A stretch of 64,000 nt of DNA from the human T2T-CHM13v2.0 reference genome, Homo sapiens: the NCBI RefSeq assembly GCF_009914755.1, contig NC_060937.1, one strand, 5' to 3'. Under the pieces are notes generated by a model that was given only the letters and a program-made list of their open reading frames with translations, ran no database searches and had not been told where the DNA came from. This document shows positions 1 to 14,076 of the stretch, piece by piece. The position numbers and the translations under genes are program-made. Every line of letters starts with the position of its first letter. Positions within the stretch are counted from its first letter, which is position 1.

Positions 1-911
1 CCAAAAATATGTATTATATACTGTACATAAAACATGAAAGTAACCAAACATTTATAATAAACTGTACATAAAATATCAAAGTACTCAATCTACATATTAT
101 ATACAGTATATAAAATATCAAAGTACACAAACTGTATATTATATACTGTACATAATATATCAAAGTACCCAGAATATATAGCATACTGTACATACAATAT
201 CAAAGTACCCAGAATGTATATTGTATTCTGTACATAAAATATGAATGTACATCAAAGATATATTATATTCTGTACATAAAATATCAAAGTACACCAAATA
301 TATATTATATGCTGTACATAATATATTAAAGTTGCCCATGCATACATTTTATACTGTACATAAAATATGAAGGTACATCAAATATATAGTATATGCTGCA
401 CATAAAATATCAAAGTACCCAAAGTATGTATTATATACTGTACATAAAATATCAAAGTACCAAAAGTATATATTACCTACTGTAAATAAAATATGAAGAT
501 ACCTCAAATATATATTATATTCTGTACATGAAATATCAAAGTACACCAAGTATATACTATATAGTCTACATAAAATATTAAATTACCCAAAATATGTATT
601 GTATTGTGTACATAAAATATGAAAGTAACCAAACATTTATAATAAACTGTACATAAAATATCAAAGTACTCAAACTTTATATTATATACTGTACATAAAG
701 TATCAAAGTACCCAAACTGTGTAGTATATACTGTACATAAAATATCAAGGTACCCAAAATGTATATTGTAAACTGTAGATAAAATATCAAAGTACCCAAA
801 ATATATATTATATACTGTACATAAAATATGAAGGCTCATCCAATATATATTATATTCTGTACATAAAATATCAAAGTACACCAAATGTATATTATATACT
901 GTACATAAAAT

Positions 912-1205
912 ATAAAACTACCCCAAATATATCTTATATACTCTACATAAAATATCAAAGTACCCAAAATATATATTATATACTGTACATAAAATATCAA
1001 AGTACCCATAGTATGTATTATATCCTGTACATAAAATATGAAGGTACATCAAATATATATTCTATTCTGCACATAAAATATCATATTGCACCAAATATAT
1101 ATTGTATACTGTATATAAAATATGAAGGTACTTCAAATATATATTATATGCTGCACATAAAATATCAAAGTACCCAAAGTATGCATTATATACTGTACAT
1201 AAAAT
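912..1205 (+). repeat. 294-bp (7-monomer) extra block relative to the 3013-bp unit (also ~5515, 14769, 19372, 30978, 35581)
   Basis: Diagnostic monomers tataaaactaccccaaatatatctt, cccatagtatg and tcatattgcacc are absent from standard 3013-bp units. The boundaries are approximate. Confidence 0.85.
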
Positions 1206-1844
1206 ATCAAAGTACCCAAAGTGTATATTATATACTGTACATAAAATATGAAGGTTCATCAAATATATTTTATATTCTGCACATAATATATCAAAGTACA
1301 GCAAATATATATTATATACTGTACATAAAATATCAAAGTACCCAAAATATGTATTATATACTGTACATAAAATATGAAAGTAACCAAACATTTATAATAA
1401 ACTGTACATAAAATATCAAAGTACTCAAACTACATATTATATACAGTATATAAAATGTCAAAGTACCCAAACTGTATATTATATACTGTACATAATATAT
1501 CAAAGTACCCGAATATATAGCATACTGTACATAAAATATCAAAGTACCCAAAATATATATTGTATACTGTACATAAAATATGAAGGTACATCAAAGATAT
1601 ATTATATTCTGTACATAAAATATCAAAGTACACCAAATATATATTATATGCTGTACAGAATATATTAAAGTCGACCAAATATATATTATATACTGTACAT
1701 AAAATATGAAGGTACATCAAATATATATTATATGCTGCACATAAAATATCAAAGTACCCAAAGTATGTATTATATACTGTACATAAAATATCAAAGTACC
1801 CAAAGTATATATTATATACTGTACATAAAATATAAAATACCCCA

Positions 1845-2084
1845 AATATATATTATATCCTGTACATAAAATATCAAAGTACCCAAAATATATATTGTAA
1901 ATTGTACATAAAATATCAAAGTAGCCAAAATATATATTGTATACTGTACATAAAATATGAAGGTACATCAAATATATATTATATCCTGTACATAAAATAT
2001 CAAAGTACCCAAAATATATATTGTAAATTGTACATAAAATATCAAAGTAGCCAAAATATATATTGTATACTGTACATAAAATAT
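1845..2084 (+). repeat. 126-bp (3-monomer) local duplication in sub-unit A (also ~15702-15941 and ~31911-32150)
   Basis: tattatatcctgtac...ttgtaaattgtac...gtagccaaaatatatattgtatactgtac is repeated at +126 (atcc at 1857 and 1983). Confidence 0.85.
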
Positions 2085-5000
2085 AAAAGTACCCCAAATA
2101 TGTATTATATACTGTACATAAAATATCAAAGTACCGATAATACATATTATATACTGTACATAAAATATCAAAGGACCCAAAATAAACATTATATACTGTA
2201 CATAAAATATCCAAATACTCAAAATATATATTACATACTGTACATAAAATATCAAAGTACCCAAATTATGTATTATATACTGTACGTAAAATATCAGAGT
2301 ACCCAAAATATGCATTATATACTGTACATAAAATATGAAAGTAACAAAACATTTATAATAAACTGTACATAAAATATCAAAGTACTCAAACTATATATCA
2401 TATACTGTACATAAAATATCAAAGTACCCAAACTGTATATTATTATATACTGTATATAAAATATCAAAGTACCTGAAATATATATTGTATACTGTACATA
2501 AAATATCAAAGTACCCAAAATATATACTATATACTGTACATAAAATATGAAGGTACATAAATATATATTATATCCTGTACATAAAATATCAAAGTACACC
2601 TATTATATATTGTGTACTCTACATAATATATTAAGTCGCCCAAATATATATTGTATACTGTATATAAAATATGAAGGTACTTCAAATATATATTATATGC
2701 TGCACATAAAATATCAAAGTACCCAAGGTATGCATTACATACTGTACATAAAATATCAAAGTACACATATTATATATTATATAATATACATAAAATATGA
2801 AGGTTCATCAAATATATATTATATTCTGTACATAATATATCAAAGTACATCAAATATATATTATATACTGTACATAAAATATCAAAGTACCAAAAATATG
2901 TATTATATACTGTACATAAAATATGAAAGTAACCAAACATTTATAATATACTGTACATAAAATATCAAAGTACTCAGTCTACATATTACATACAGTATAT
3001 AAAATATCAAAGTACACACACTGTATATTATATACTGTACATAATATATCAAAGTACCCAGAATATATAACATACTGTACATAAAATATCAAAGTACCCG
3101 AAATATATATGGTATACTGTACATAAAATATGAAGGTACATCAAAGATATATTATATTCTGTACATAAAATATCAAACTACACCAAATATATATTATATG
3201 CTGTACATAATATATTAAAGTTGCCCAAATACACATTCTATACTGTACATAAAATATGAACGTACATCAAATATATAGTATATGCTGCACATAAAATATC
3301 AAAGTACCCAAAGTATGTATTATACACTGTACATAAAATATCAAAGTACCAAAAGTATATATTACATACTGTAAATAAAATATGAAGGTACCTCAAATAT
3401 ATATTATATTCTGTACATAAAATATCAAAGTCCACCAAGTATATACTATATACTCTGCATAAAATATTAAATTACCCAAAATATGTATTGCATTGTGTAC
3501 ATAAAATATGAAAGTAACCAAACATTTATAATAAACTGTACATAAAATATCAAAGTACTCAAACTGTATATTATATACTGTACATAAAGTATCAAAGTAC
3601 CCAAACTGTGTAGTATATACTGTACATAAAATATCAAGGTACCCAAAATATATATTGTAAACTGTAGATTAAATATCAAAGTACCCAAAATATATATTAT
3701 ATACTGTACATAAAATATGAAGGCACATCCAATATATACTATATTCTGTACATAAAATATCAAAGTACACCAAATGTATATTATATACTGTACATAAAAT
3801 ATCAAAGTACCCAAAGTGTATATTATATACTGTACATAAAATATGAAGGTTCATCAAATATATTTTATATTCTGCACATAATATATCAAAGTACAGCAAA
3901 TATATATTATATACTGTACATAAAATATCAAAGTACCCAAAATATGTATTATATACTGTACATAAAATATGAAAGTAACCAAACATTTATAATAAACTTT
4001 ACATAAAGTATCAAAGTACTCAAACTACATATTATATACAGTATATAAAATATCAAAGTACCCCAACTGTATATTATATACTGTACATAATATATCAAAG
4101 TACCCAAATATATAGCATACTGTACATAAAATATCAAAGTACCCAAAATATATATTATATACTGTACATAAAATATCAAAATACCCAAAATATATATTAT
4201 ATACTGTACATAAATTACCAAAGTACCCAAAGTATATATTATGTAACGTACAAAAAATATCAAAGTAGCCAAAATATGTATTATACACTGTACTTAATAT
4301 ATGAAAGTACCCAAACATTTATAATAAACTGTAAATAAAATATCAATGTACTCAAACTATATATTATGTGCGGTACATAAGATATCAAAGTACCCATGCT
4401 ATATAGTATATACTGTACTTAAAATATCAAAATACCCAAAATATATATTATATACGTTACATAAACTATCAAATACACAAAGTATGTATTATATACTGTA
4501 CATAAAATAGCAAAGTTCCCAAAATATGTATTATATACTGTACGTAAAATATGAAAGTACCCAACCATTTATAATAAACTCTACATAAAATACCAAAGTA
4601 CCCAAACTGTGTATTATATACTGTCCATAAAATATCAAAGGACCCAAAATATATATTGTAAACTCTACATAAAATATCAAAGTAGCCAAAATACATATTG
4701 TATACTGTACATAAAATATAAAAGTACCCCAAATATATATTATATACTGTACATAAAATATCAAAGTACCCATAATACATATTATATACTGTACATAAAA
4801 TATCAAAGGACCCAAAATAAACATTATATACTGTACATAAAATATCCAAATACTCAAAATATATATTACATACTGTACATAAAATATCAAAGTACCCAAA
4901 TTATGTATTATATACTGTATATAAAATATCAGAGTACCCAAAATATGCATTATATACTGTACATAAAATATGAAGGTACATCAAATATATAGTATATGCT

Positions 5001-8000
5001 GCACATAAAATATCAAAGTACCCAAAGTATGTATTATATACTGTACATAAAATATCAAAGTACCAAAAGTATATATTACCTACTGTAAATAAAATATGAA
5101 GATACCTCAAATATATATTATATTCTGTACATAAAATATCAAAGTGCACCAAGTATATACTATATACTCTACATAAAATATTAAATTACCCAAAATATGT
5201 ATTGTATTGTGTACATAGAATATGAAAGTAACCAAACATTTATAATAAACTGTACATAAAATATCAAAGTACTCAAACTTTATATTATATACTGTACATA
5301 AAGTATCAAAGTACCCAAACTGTGTAGTATATACTGTACATGAAATATCAAGGTACCCAAAATGTATATTGTAAACTGTAGATAAAATATCAAAGTACCC
5401 AAAATATATATTATATACTGTACATAAAATATGAAGGCACATCCAATATATATTATATTCTGTACATAAAATATCAAAGTACACCAAATGTATATTATAT
5501 ACTGTACATAAAATATAAAACTACCCCAAATATATCTTATATACTCTACATAAAATATCAAAGTACCCAAAATATATATTATATACTGTACATAAAATAT
5601 CAAAGTACCCATAGTATGTATTATATCCTGTACATAAAATATGAAGGTACGTCAAATATATATTCTATTCTGCACATAAAATATCATATTGCACCAAATA
5701 TATATTGTATACTGTATATAAAATATGAAGGTACTTCAAATATATATTATATGCTGCACATAAAATATCAAAGTACCCAAAGTATGCATTATATACTGTA
5801 CATAAAATATCAAAGTACCCAAAGTGTATATTATATACTGTACATAAATTATGAAGGTTCATCAAATATATTTTATATTCTGCACATAATATATCAAAGT
5901 ACAGCAAATATATATTATATATTGTACATAAAATAACAAAGTACCAAAAATATGTATTATATACTGTACATAAAATATGAAAGCAACCAAATATTTATAA
6001 TAAACTGTATATAAAATATCAAAGTACTCAAACTACATATTATATACAGTATATAAAATATCAAAGTACCCAAACTATATATTATATACTGTACATACTA
6101 TATCAAAGTACCCAAATATATAGCATACTGTCCATAAAATATCAAAGTACCCAATATATATATTGTATACTGTACATAAAATATGAAGGTACATCAAAGA
6201 TATATTATATCCTGTACATAAAATATCAAAGTACACCAAATATATATTATATGCTGTACATAATATATTAAAGTCGACCAAATATATATTATATACTGTA
6301 CATAAAATATGAAGGTACCTCAACTATATATTATATGCTGCACATAAATTATCAAAGTACCCAAAGTATGTATTATATACTGTACATAAAATATCAAAGT
6401 ACCCAAAGTATATATTATATACTGTACATAAAATATAAAATACCCCAAATATATATTATATGCTGTACATAAAATATCAAAGTACACAAAATATGTATTA
6501 TGTACTGTACATACAATATAAAGGACCCAAAATATATACTATATACTGTACATAAAATATCAAAATACCCAAAATATATATTATATACTGTACATAAAAT
6601 ACCAAAGTACCCAAAGTATATATTATATACCGTACAAAAAATATCAAAGTAGCCAAAATATGTATTATACACTGTACATAATATATGAAAGTACCCAAAC
6701 ATTTATAATAAACTGTACATAAAATATCAATGTACTCAAACTATGTATTATGTGCGGTACATAACATATCAAATTATCCATACTATATAGTATGTACTGC
6801 ACTTAAAATATCAAAATACCCAAAATATATATTATATACGTTACATAAACTATCAAATACACAAAGTATGTATTATATACTGTACATAAAATAGCAAAGT
6901 TCCCAAAATATGTATTATATACTGTACATAAAATATGAAAGTACCCAACCATTTATAATAAACTCTACATAAAATACCAAAGTACCCAAACTGTGTATTA
7001 TATACTGTCCATAAAATATCAAAGTACCCAAAATATATATTGTAAACTCTACATAAAATATCAAAGTAGCCAAAATACATATTTTATACTGTACATAAAA
7101 TATGAAAGTACCCCAAATATGTATTATATACTGTACATAAAATATCAAAGTACCCATAATACATATTATATACTGTATATAAAATATCAAAGGACCCAAA
7201 ATAAACATTATATACTGTACATAAAATATCCAAATACTCAAAATATATATTACGTACTGTACATAAAATATCAAAGTACCCAAATTATGTATTATATACT
7301 GTACGTAAAATATCAGAGTACCCAAAATATGCATTATATACTGTACATAAAATATGAAAGTAACAATACATTTATAATAAACTGTACAAAAAATATCAAA
7401 GTACTCAAACTATATATCATATACTGTACATAAAATATCAAAGTACCCAAACTGTGTATTATTATATACTGTATATAAAATATCAAATACCTGAAATATA
7501 TATTGTATACTGTACATAAAATATCAAAGTACCCAAAATATATACTATATACTGTACATAAAATATGAAGGTACATCAAATATATATTATATCCTGTACA
7601 TAAAATATCAAAGTACACCTATTATATATTGTGTACTGTACATAATATATTAAATCGCCCAAATATATATTGTATACTGTATATAAAATATGAAGGTACT
7701 TCAAATATATATTATATGCTGCACATAAAATATCAAAGTACCCAAAGTATGCATTACATACTGTACATAAAATATCAAAGTACACATATTATATATTATA
7801 TAATGTACATAAAATATGAAGGTTCATCAAATATATATTATATTCTGTACATAATATATCAAAGTACATAAAATATATATTATATACGGTACATAAAATA
7901 TCAAAGTACCAAAAATATGTATTATATACTGTACATAAAACATGAAAGTAACCAAACATTTATAATAAACTGTACATTAAATATCAAAGTACTCAATGTA

Positions 8001-9925
8001 CATAATATATACAGTATATAAAATATCAAAGTACACAAACTGTATATTATATACTGTACATAATATATCAAAGTACCCAGAATATATAGCATACTGTACA
8101 TAAAATATCAAAGTACCCAAAATATATATTGTATACTGTACATAAAATATGAAGGTACATCAAAGATATATTATATTCTGTACATAAAATATCAAAGTAC
8201 ACCAAATATATATTATATGCTGTACATAGTATATTAAAGTTGCCCGTATATACATTATATACTGTACATAAAATATGAACGTACATCAAATATATAGTAT
8301 ATGCTGCACATAAAATATCAAAGTACCCAAAGTATGTATTATACACTGTACATAAAATATCAAAGTACCAAAAGTATATATTACATACTGTAAATAAAAT
8401 ATGAAGGTACCTCAAATATATATTATATTCTGTACATAAAATATCAAAGTACACCAAGTATATACTATATACTCTGCATAAAATATTAAATTACCCAAAA
8501 TATGTATTGTATTGTGTACATAAAATATGAAAGTAACCAAACATTTATAATAAACTGTACATAAAATATCAAAGTACTCAAACTGTATATTATATACTGT
8601 ACATAAAGTATCAAAGTACCCAAACTGTGTAGTATATACTGTACATAAAATATCAAGGTACCCAAAATATATATTGTAAACTGTAGATAAAATATCAAAG
8701 TACCCAAAATATATATTATATACTGTACATAAAATGTGAAGGCACATCCAATATATATTATATTCTGTACATAAAATATCAAAGTACACCAAATGTATAT
8801 TATATACTGTACATAAAATATCAAAGTACCCAATGTGTATATTATATACTGTACATAAAATATGAAGGTTCATCAAATATGTTTTATATTCTGCACATAA
8901 TATATCAAAGTACAGCAAATATATATTATATACTGTACATAAAATATCAAAGTACCCAAAATATGTATTATATACTGTACATAAAATATGAAAGTAACCA
9001 AACATTTATAATAAACTGTACATAAAGTATCAAAGTACTCAAACTACATATTATATACAGTATATAAAATGTCAAAGTACCCAAACTGTATATTATATAC
9101 TGTACATAATATATCAAAGTACCCGAATATATAGCATACTGTACATAAAATATCAAAGTACCCAAAGTGTGTTTTATACACTGCACATAAAATATGAAGG
9201 TACATAAAATATATATTGTATTCTGTACATAAAATATCAAAGTACTCCAAATATATATTATATGCTGTACATAATATATTAAAGTCGCCCAAATATATAT
9301 TATATACTGTGCATAAAATATGAAGGTACATCAAATATATATTATATGCTGCACATAAAATATCAAAGTACCCAAAGTATGTGTTATATACTGTACATAA
9401 AATATCAAAGTACCCAAAGTATATATTATATACTGTACATAAAATATAAAATACCCCAAATATATATTATATGCTGTACATAAAATATCAAAGTACACAA
9501 AATATGTATTATATACTGTACATAAAATACCAAAGGACCCAAAATATATATTATATACTGTACATAAAATATCAAAATTCCCAAAATATATATTATATAC
9601 TGTACATAAAATACCAAAGTACCCAAAGTATATATTATATACCGTACAAAAAATATCAAAGTAGCCAAAATATGTATTATACACTGTACATAATATATGA
9701 AAGTACCCAAACATTTATAATAAACTGTACATAAAATATCAATGTACTCAAACTATATATTATGTGCGGTACATAAGATATCAAAGTACCCATACTATAT
9801 AGTATATACTGTACTTAAAATATCAAAATACCCAAAATATATATTATATACGTTACATAAACTATCAAGTACACAAAGTATGTATTATATACTGTACATA
9901 AAATAGCAAAGTTCCCAAAATATGT

Positions 9926-9946
9926 AATATATATATTATAAATATG
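9926..9946 (+). repeat. 52-bp variant monomer with a 10-bp AT expansion (also ~23783, ~26135, ~39992)
   Basis: tatgtaatatatatattataaatatgtaca replaces tatgtattatatactgtaca. Landmark spacing is 684 (9331 to 10015) versus 674 (11683 to 12357). Confidence 0.85.
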
Positions 9947-12908
9947 TACATAAAATATGAAAGTATCCAACCATTTATAATAAACTCTACATAAAACACC
10001 AAAGTACCCAAACTGTGTATTATATACTGTCCATAAAATATCAAAGTACCCAAAATATATATTGTAAACTGTACATAAAATATCAAAGTAGCCAAAATAC
10101 ATATTGTATACTGTACATAAAATATAAAAGTACCCCAAATATATATTATATACTGTACATAAAATATCAAAGTACCCATAATACATATTATATACTGTAC
10201 ATAAAATATCAAAGGACCCAAAATAAACATTATATACTGTACATAAAATATCCAAATACTCAAAATATATATTACATACTGTACATAAAATATCAAAGTA
10301 CCCAAATTATGTATTATATACTGTACGTAAAATATCAGAGTACCCAAAATATGCATTATATACTGTACATAAAATATGAAAGTAACAAAACATTTATAAT
10401 AAACTGTACATAAAATATCAAAGTACTCAAACTATATATCATATACTGTACATAAAATATCAAAGTACCCAAAATATATATTGTATACTGTACATAAAAT
10501 ATGAAGGTACATCAAAGATATATTATATTCTGTACATAAAATATCAAACTACACCAAATATATATTATATCCTGTACATAATATATTAAAGTTGCCCATA
10601 TATACATTCTATACTGTACATAAAATATGAACGTACATCAAATATATAGTATATGCTGCACATAAAATATCAAAGTACCCAAAGTATGTATTATACACTG
10701 TACATAAAATATCAAAGTACCAAAAGTATATATTACATACTGTAAATAAAATATGAAGGTACCTCAAATATATATTATATTCTATACATAAAATATCAAA
10801 GTACACCAAGTATATACTATATACTCTGCATAAAATATTAAATTACCCAAAATATGTATTGCATTGTGTACATAAAATATGAAAGTAACCAAACGTTTAT
10901 AATAAACTGTACATAAAATATCAAAGTACTCAAACTGTATATTATATACTGTACATAAAGTATCAAAGTACCCAAACTGTGTAGTATATATTGTACATAA
11001 AATATCAAGGTACCCAAAATATATATTGTAAACTGTAGATAAAATATCAAAGTAACCAAAATATATATTATATACTGTACATGAAATATGAAGGCACATC
11101 CAATATATATTATACTCTGTACATAAAATATCAAAGTACACCAAATGTATATTATATACTGTACATAAAATATGAAAGTACCCAAAGTGTATATTATATA
11201 CTGTACATAAACTATGAAGGTTCATCAAATATATTTTATATTCTGCACATAATATATCAAAGTACAGCAAATATATATTATATACTGTACATAAAATATC
11301 AAAGTACCCAAAATATGTATTATATACTGTACATAAAATATGAAAGTAAGCAAACATTTATAATAAACTGTACATAAAGTATCAAAGTACTCAAACTACA
11401 TATTATATACAGTATATAAAATATCAAAGTACCCAAACTGTATATTATATACTGTACATAATATATCAAAGTACCCGAATATATAGCATACTCCACATAA
11501 AATATCAAAGTACCCAAAGTTTGTATTATACACTGCACATAAAATATGGAGGTACATCAAAGATATATTATATTCTGTACATAAAATATCAAAGTACACC
11601 AAATATATATTATATGCTGTACATAATATATTAAAGTCGACCAAATATATATTATATACTGTACATAAAATATGAAGGTACATCAAATATATATTATATG
11701 CTGCACATAAAATATCAAAGTACCCAAAGTATGTGTTATATACTGTACATAAAATATCAAAGTACCCAAAGTATATATTATATACTGTACATAAAATATA
11801 AAATACCCCAAATATATATTATATGCTCTACATAAAATATCAAAGTACACAAAATATGTATTATATACTGTACATAAAATACCAAAGGACCCAAAATATA
11901 TATTATATACTGTACATAAAATATCAAAATACCCAAAATATATATTATATACTGTACATAAAATACCAAAGTACCCAAAGTATATATTATATACCGTACA
12001 AAAAATATCAAAGTAGCCAAAATATGTATTATACACTGTACATAATATATGAAAGTACCCAAACATTTATAATAAACTGTACATAAAATATCAATGTACT
12101 CAAACTATATATTATGTGCGGTACATAAGATATCAAAGTACCCATACTATATAGTATATACTGTACTTAAAATATCAAAATACCCAAAATATATATTATA
12201 TACGTTACATAAACTATCACATACACAAAGTATGTATTATATACTGTACATAAAATAGCAAAGTTCCCAAAATATGTATTATATACTGTACATAAAATAT
12301 GAAAGTACCCAACCATTCATAATAAAGTCTACATAAAATACCAAAGTACCCAAACTGTGTATTATATACTGTCCATAAAATATCAAAGGACCCAAAATAT
12401 ATATTGTAAACTCTACATAAAATATCAAAGTAGCCAAAATACATATTGTATACTGTACATAAAATATAAAAGTACCCAAAATATATATTATATACTGTAC
12501 ATAAAATATCAAAGTACCCATAATACATATTATATACTGTACATAAAATATCAAAGGACCCAAAATAAACATTATATACTGTACATAAAATATCCAAATA
12601 CTCAAAATATATATTACATACTGTACATAAAATATCAAAGTACCCAAATTATGTATTATATACTGTACGTAAAATATCAGAGTACCCAAAATATGCATTA
12701 TATACTGTACATAAAAAATGAAAGTAACAAAACATTTATAATAAACTGTACATAAAATATCAAAGTACTCAAACTATATATCATATACTGTACATAAAAT
12801 ATCAAAGTACCCAAACTGTGTATTATTATATACTGTATATAAAATATCAAAGTACCTGAAATATATATTGTATACTGTACATAAAATATCAAAGTACCCA
12901 AAATATAT

Positions 12909-14076
12909 ACTATATACTGTACATAAAATATGAAGGTACATCAAATATATATTATATCCTGTACATAAAATATCAAAGTACACCTATTATATATTGTGTA
13001 CTGTACATAATATATTAAATCGCCCAAATATATATCGTATACTGTATATAAAATATGAAGGTACTTCAAATATATATTGTATGCTGCACATAAAATATCA
13101 AAGTACCCAAAGAATGCATTACATACTGTACATAAAATATCAAGGTACACAAATTATATATTATATACTGTACATAAAATATGTAGGTTCATCAAATATA
13201 TTTTATATTCTGTACATAATATATCAAAGTACATCAAATATATATTATATACTGTACATAAAATATCAAAGTACCCAAAATATGTATTATATACTGTACA
13301 TAAAACATGAAAGTAACCAAACATTTATAATAAACTGTACATAAAATATCAAAGTACTCAATCTACATATTATATACAGTATATAAAATATCAAGGTACA
13401 CAAACTGTATAATATATACTGCACATAATATATCAAAGTACCCAGAATATATAGCATACTGTACATAAAATATCAAAGTACCCAAAATATATACTATATA
13501 CTGTACATAAAATATGAAGGTACATCAAATATATATTATATCCTGTACATAAAATATCAAAGTACACCTATTATATATTGTGTACTGTACATAATATATT
13601 AAATCGCCCAAATATATATTGTATACTGTATATAAAATATGAAGGTACTTCAAATATATATTATATGCTGCACATAAAATATCAAAGTACCCAAAGAATG
13701 CATTACATACTGTACATAAAATATCAAAATACACATGTTATCTATTATATAATGTACATAAAATATGAAGGTTCATCAAATATATATTATATTCTGTACA
13801 TAATATATCAAAGTACATCAAATATATATTATATACTGTACATAAAATATCAAAGTACCAAAAATATGTATTATATACTGTACATAAAACATGAAAGTAA
13901 CCAAACATTTATAATAAACTGTACATAAAATATCAAAGTACTCAATCTACATATTATATACAGTATATAAAATATCAAAGTACACAAACTGTATATTATA
14001 TACTGTACATAATATATCAAAGTACCCAGAATATATAGTATACTGTACATACAATATCAAAGTACCCAGAATGTAT
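12909..14076 (+). repeat. 584-bp (14-monomer) step-back repeat spanning the copy 1/copy 2 junction
   Basis: ORFs 12941/13525 and 12994/13578 are +584. acacctattatatattgtgtac and aaatcgccc each occur twice, 584 bp apart. Confidence 0.9.

Larger units (their letters stand above)
1..13492 (+). repeat. 13,857-bp super-HOR, copy 1 (starts before the window)
   Basis: Landmarks recur at +13,857 (ORFs 349/14206, 504/14361, 5107/18964, 8412/22269; gttgccc 331/14188) and at +30,066 (349/30415, 12994/43060). Confidence 0.95.
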
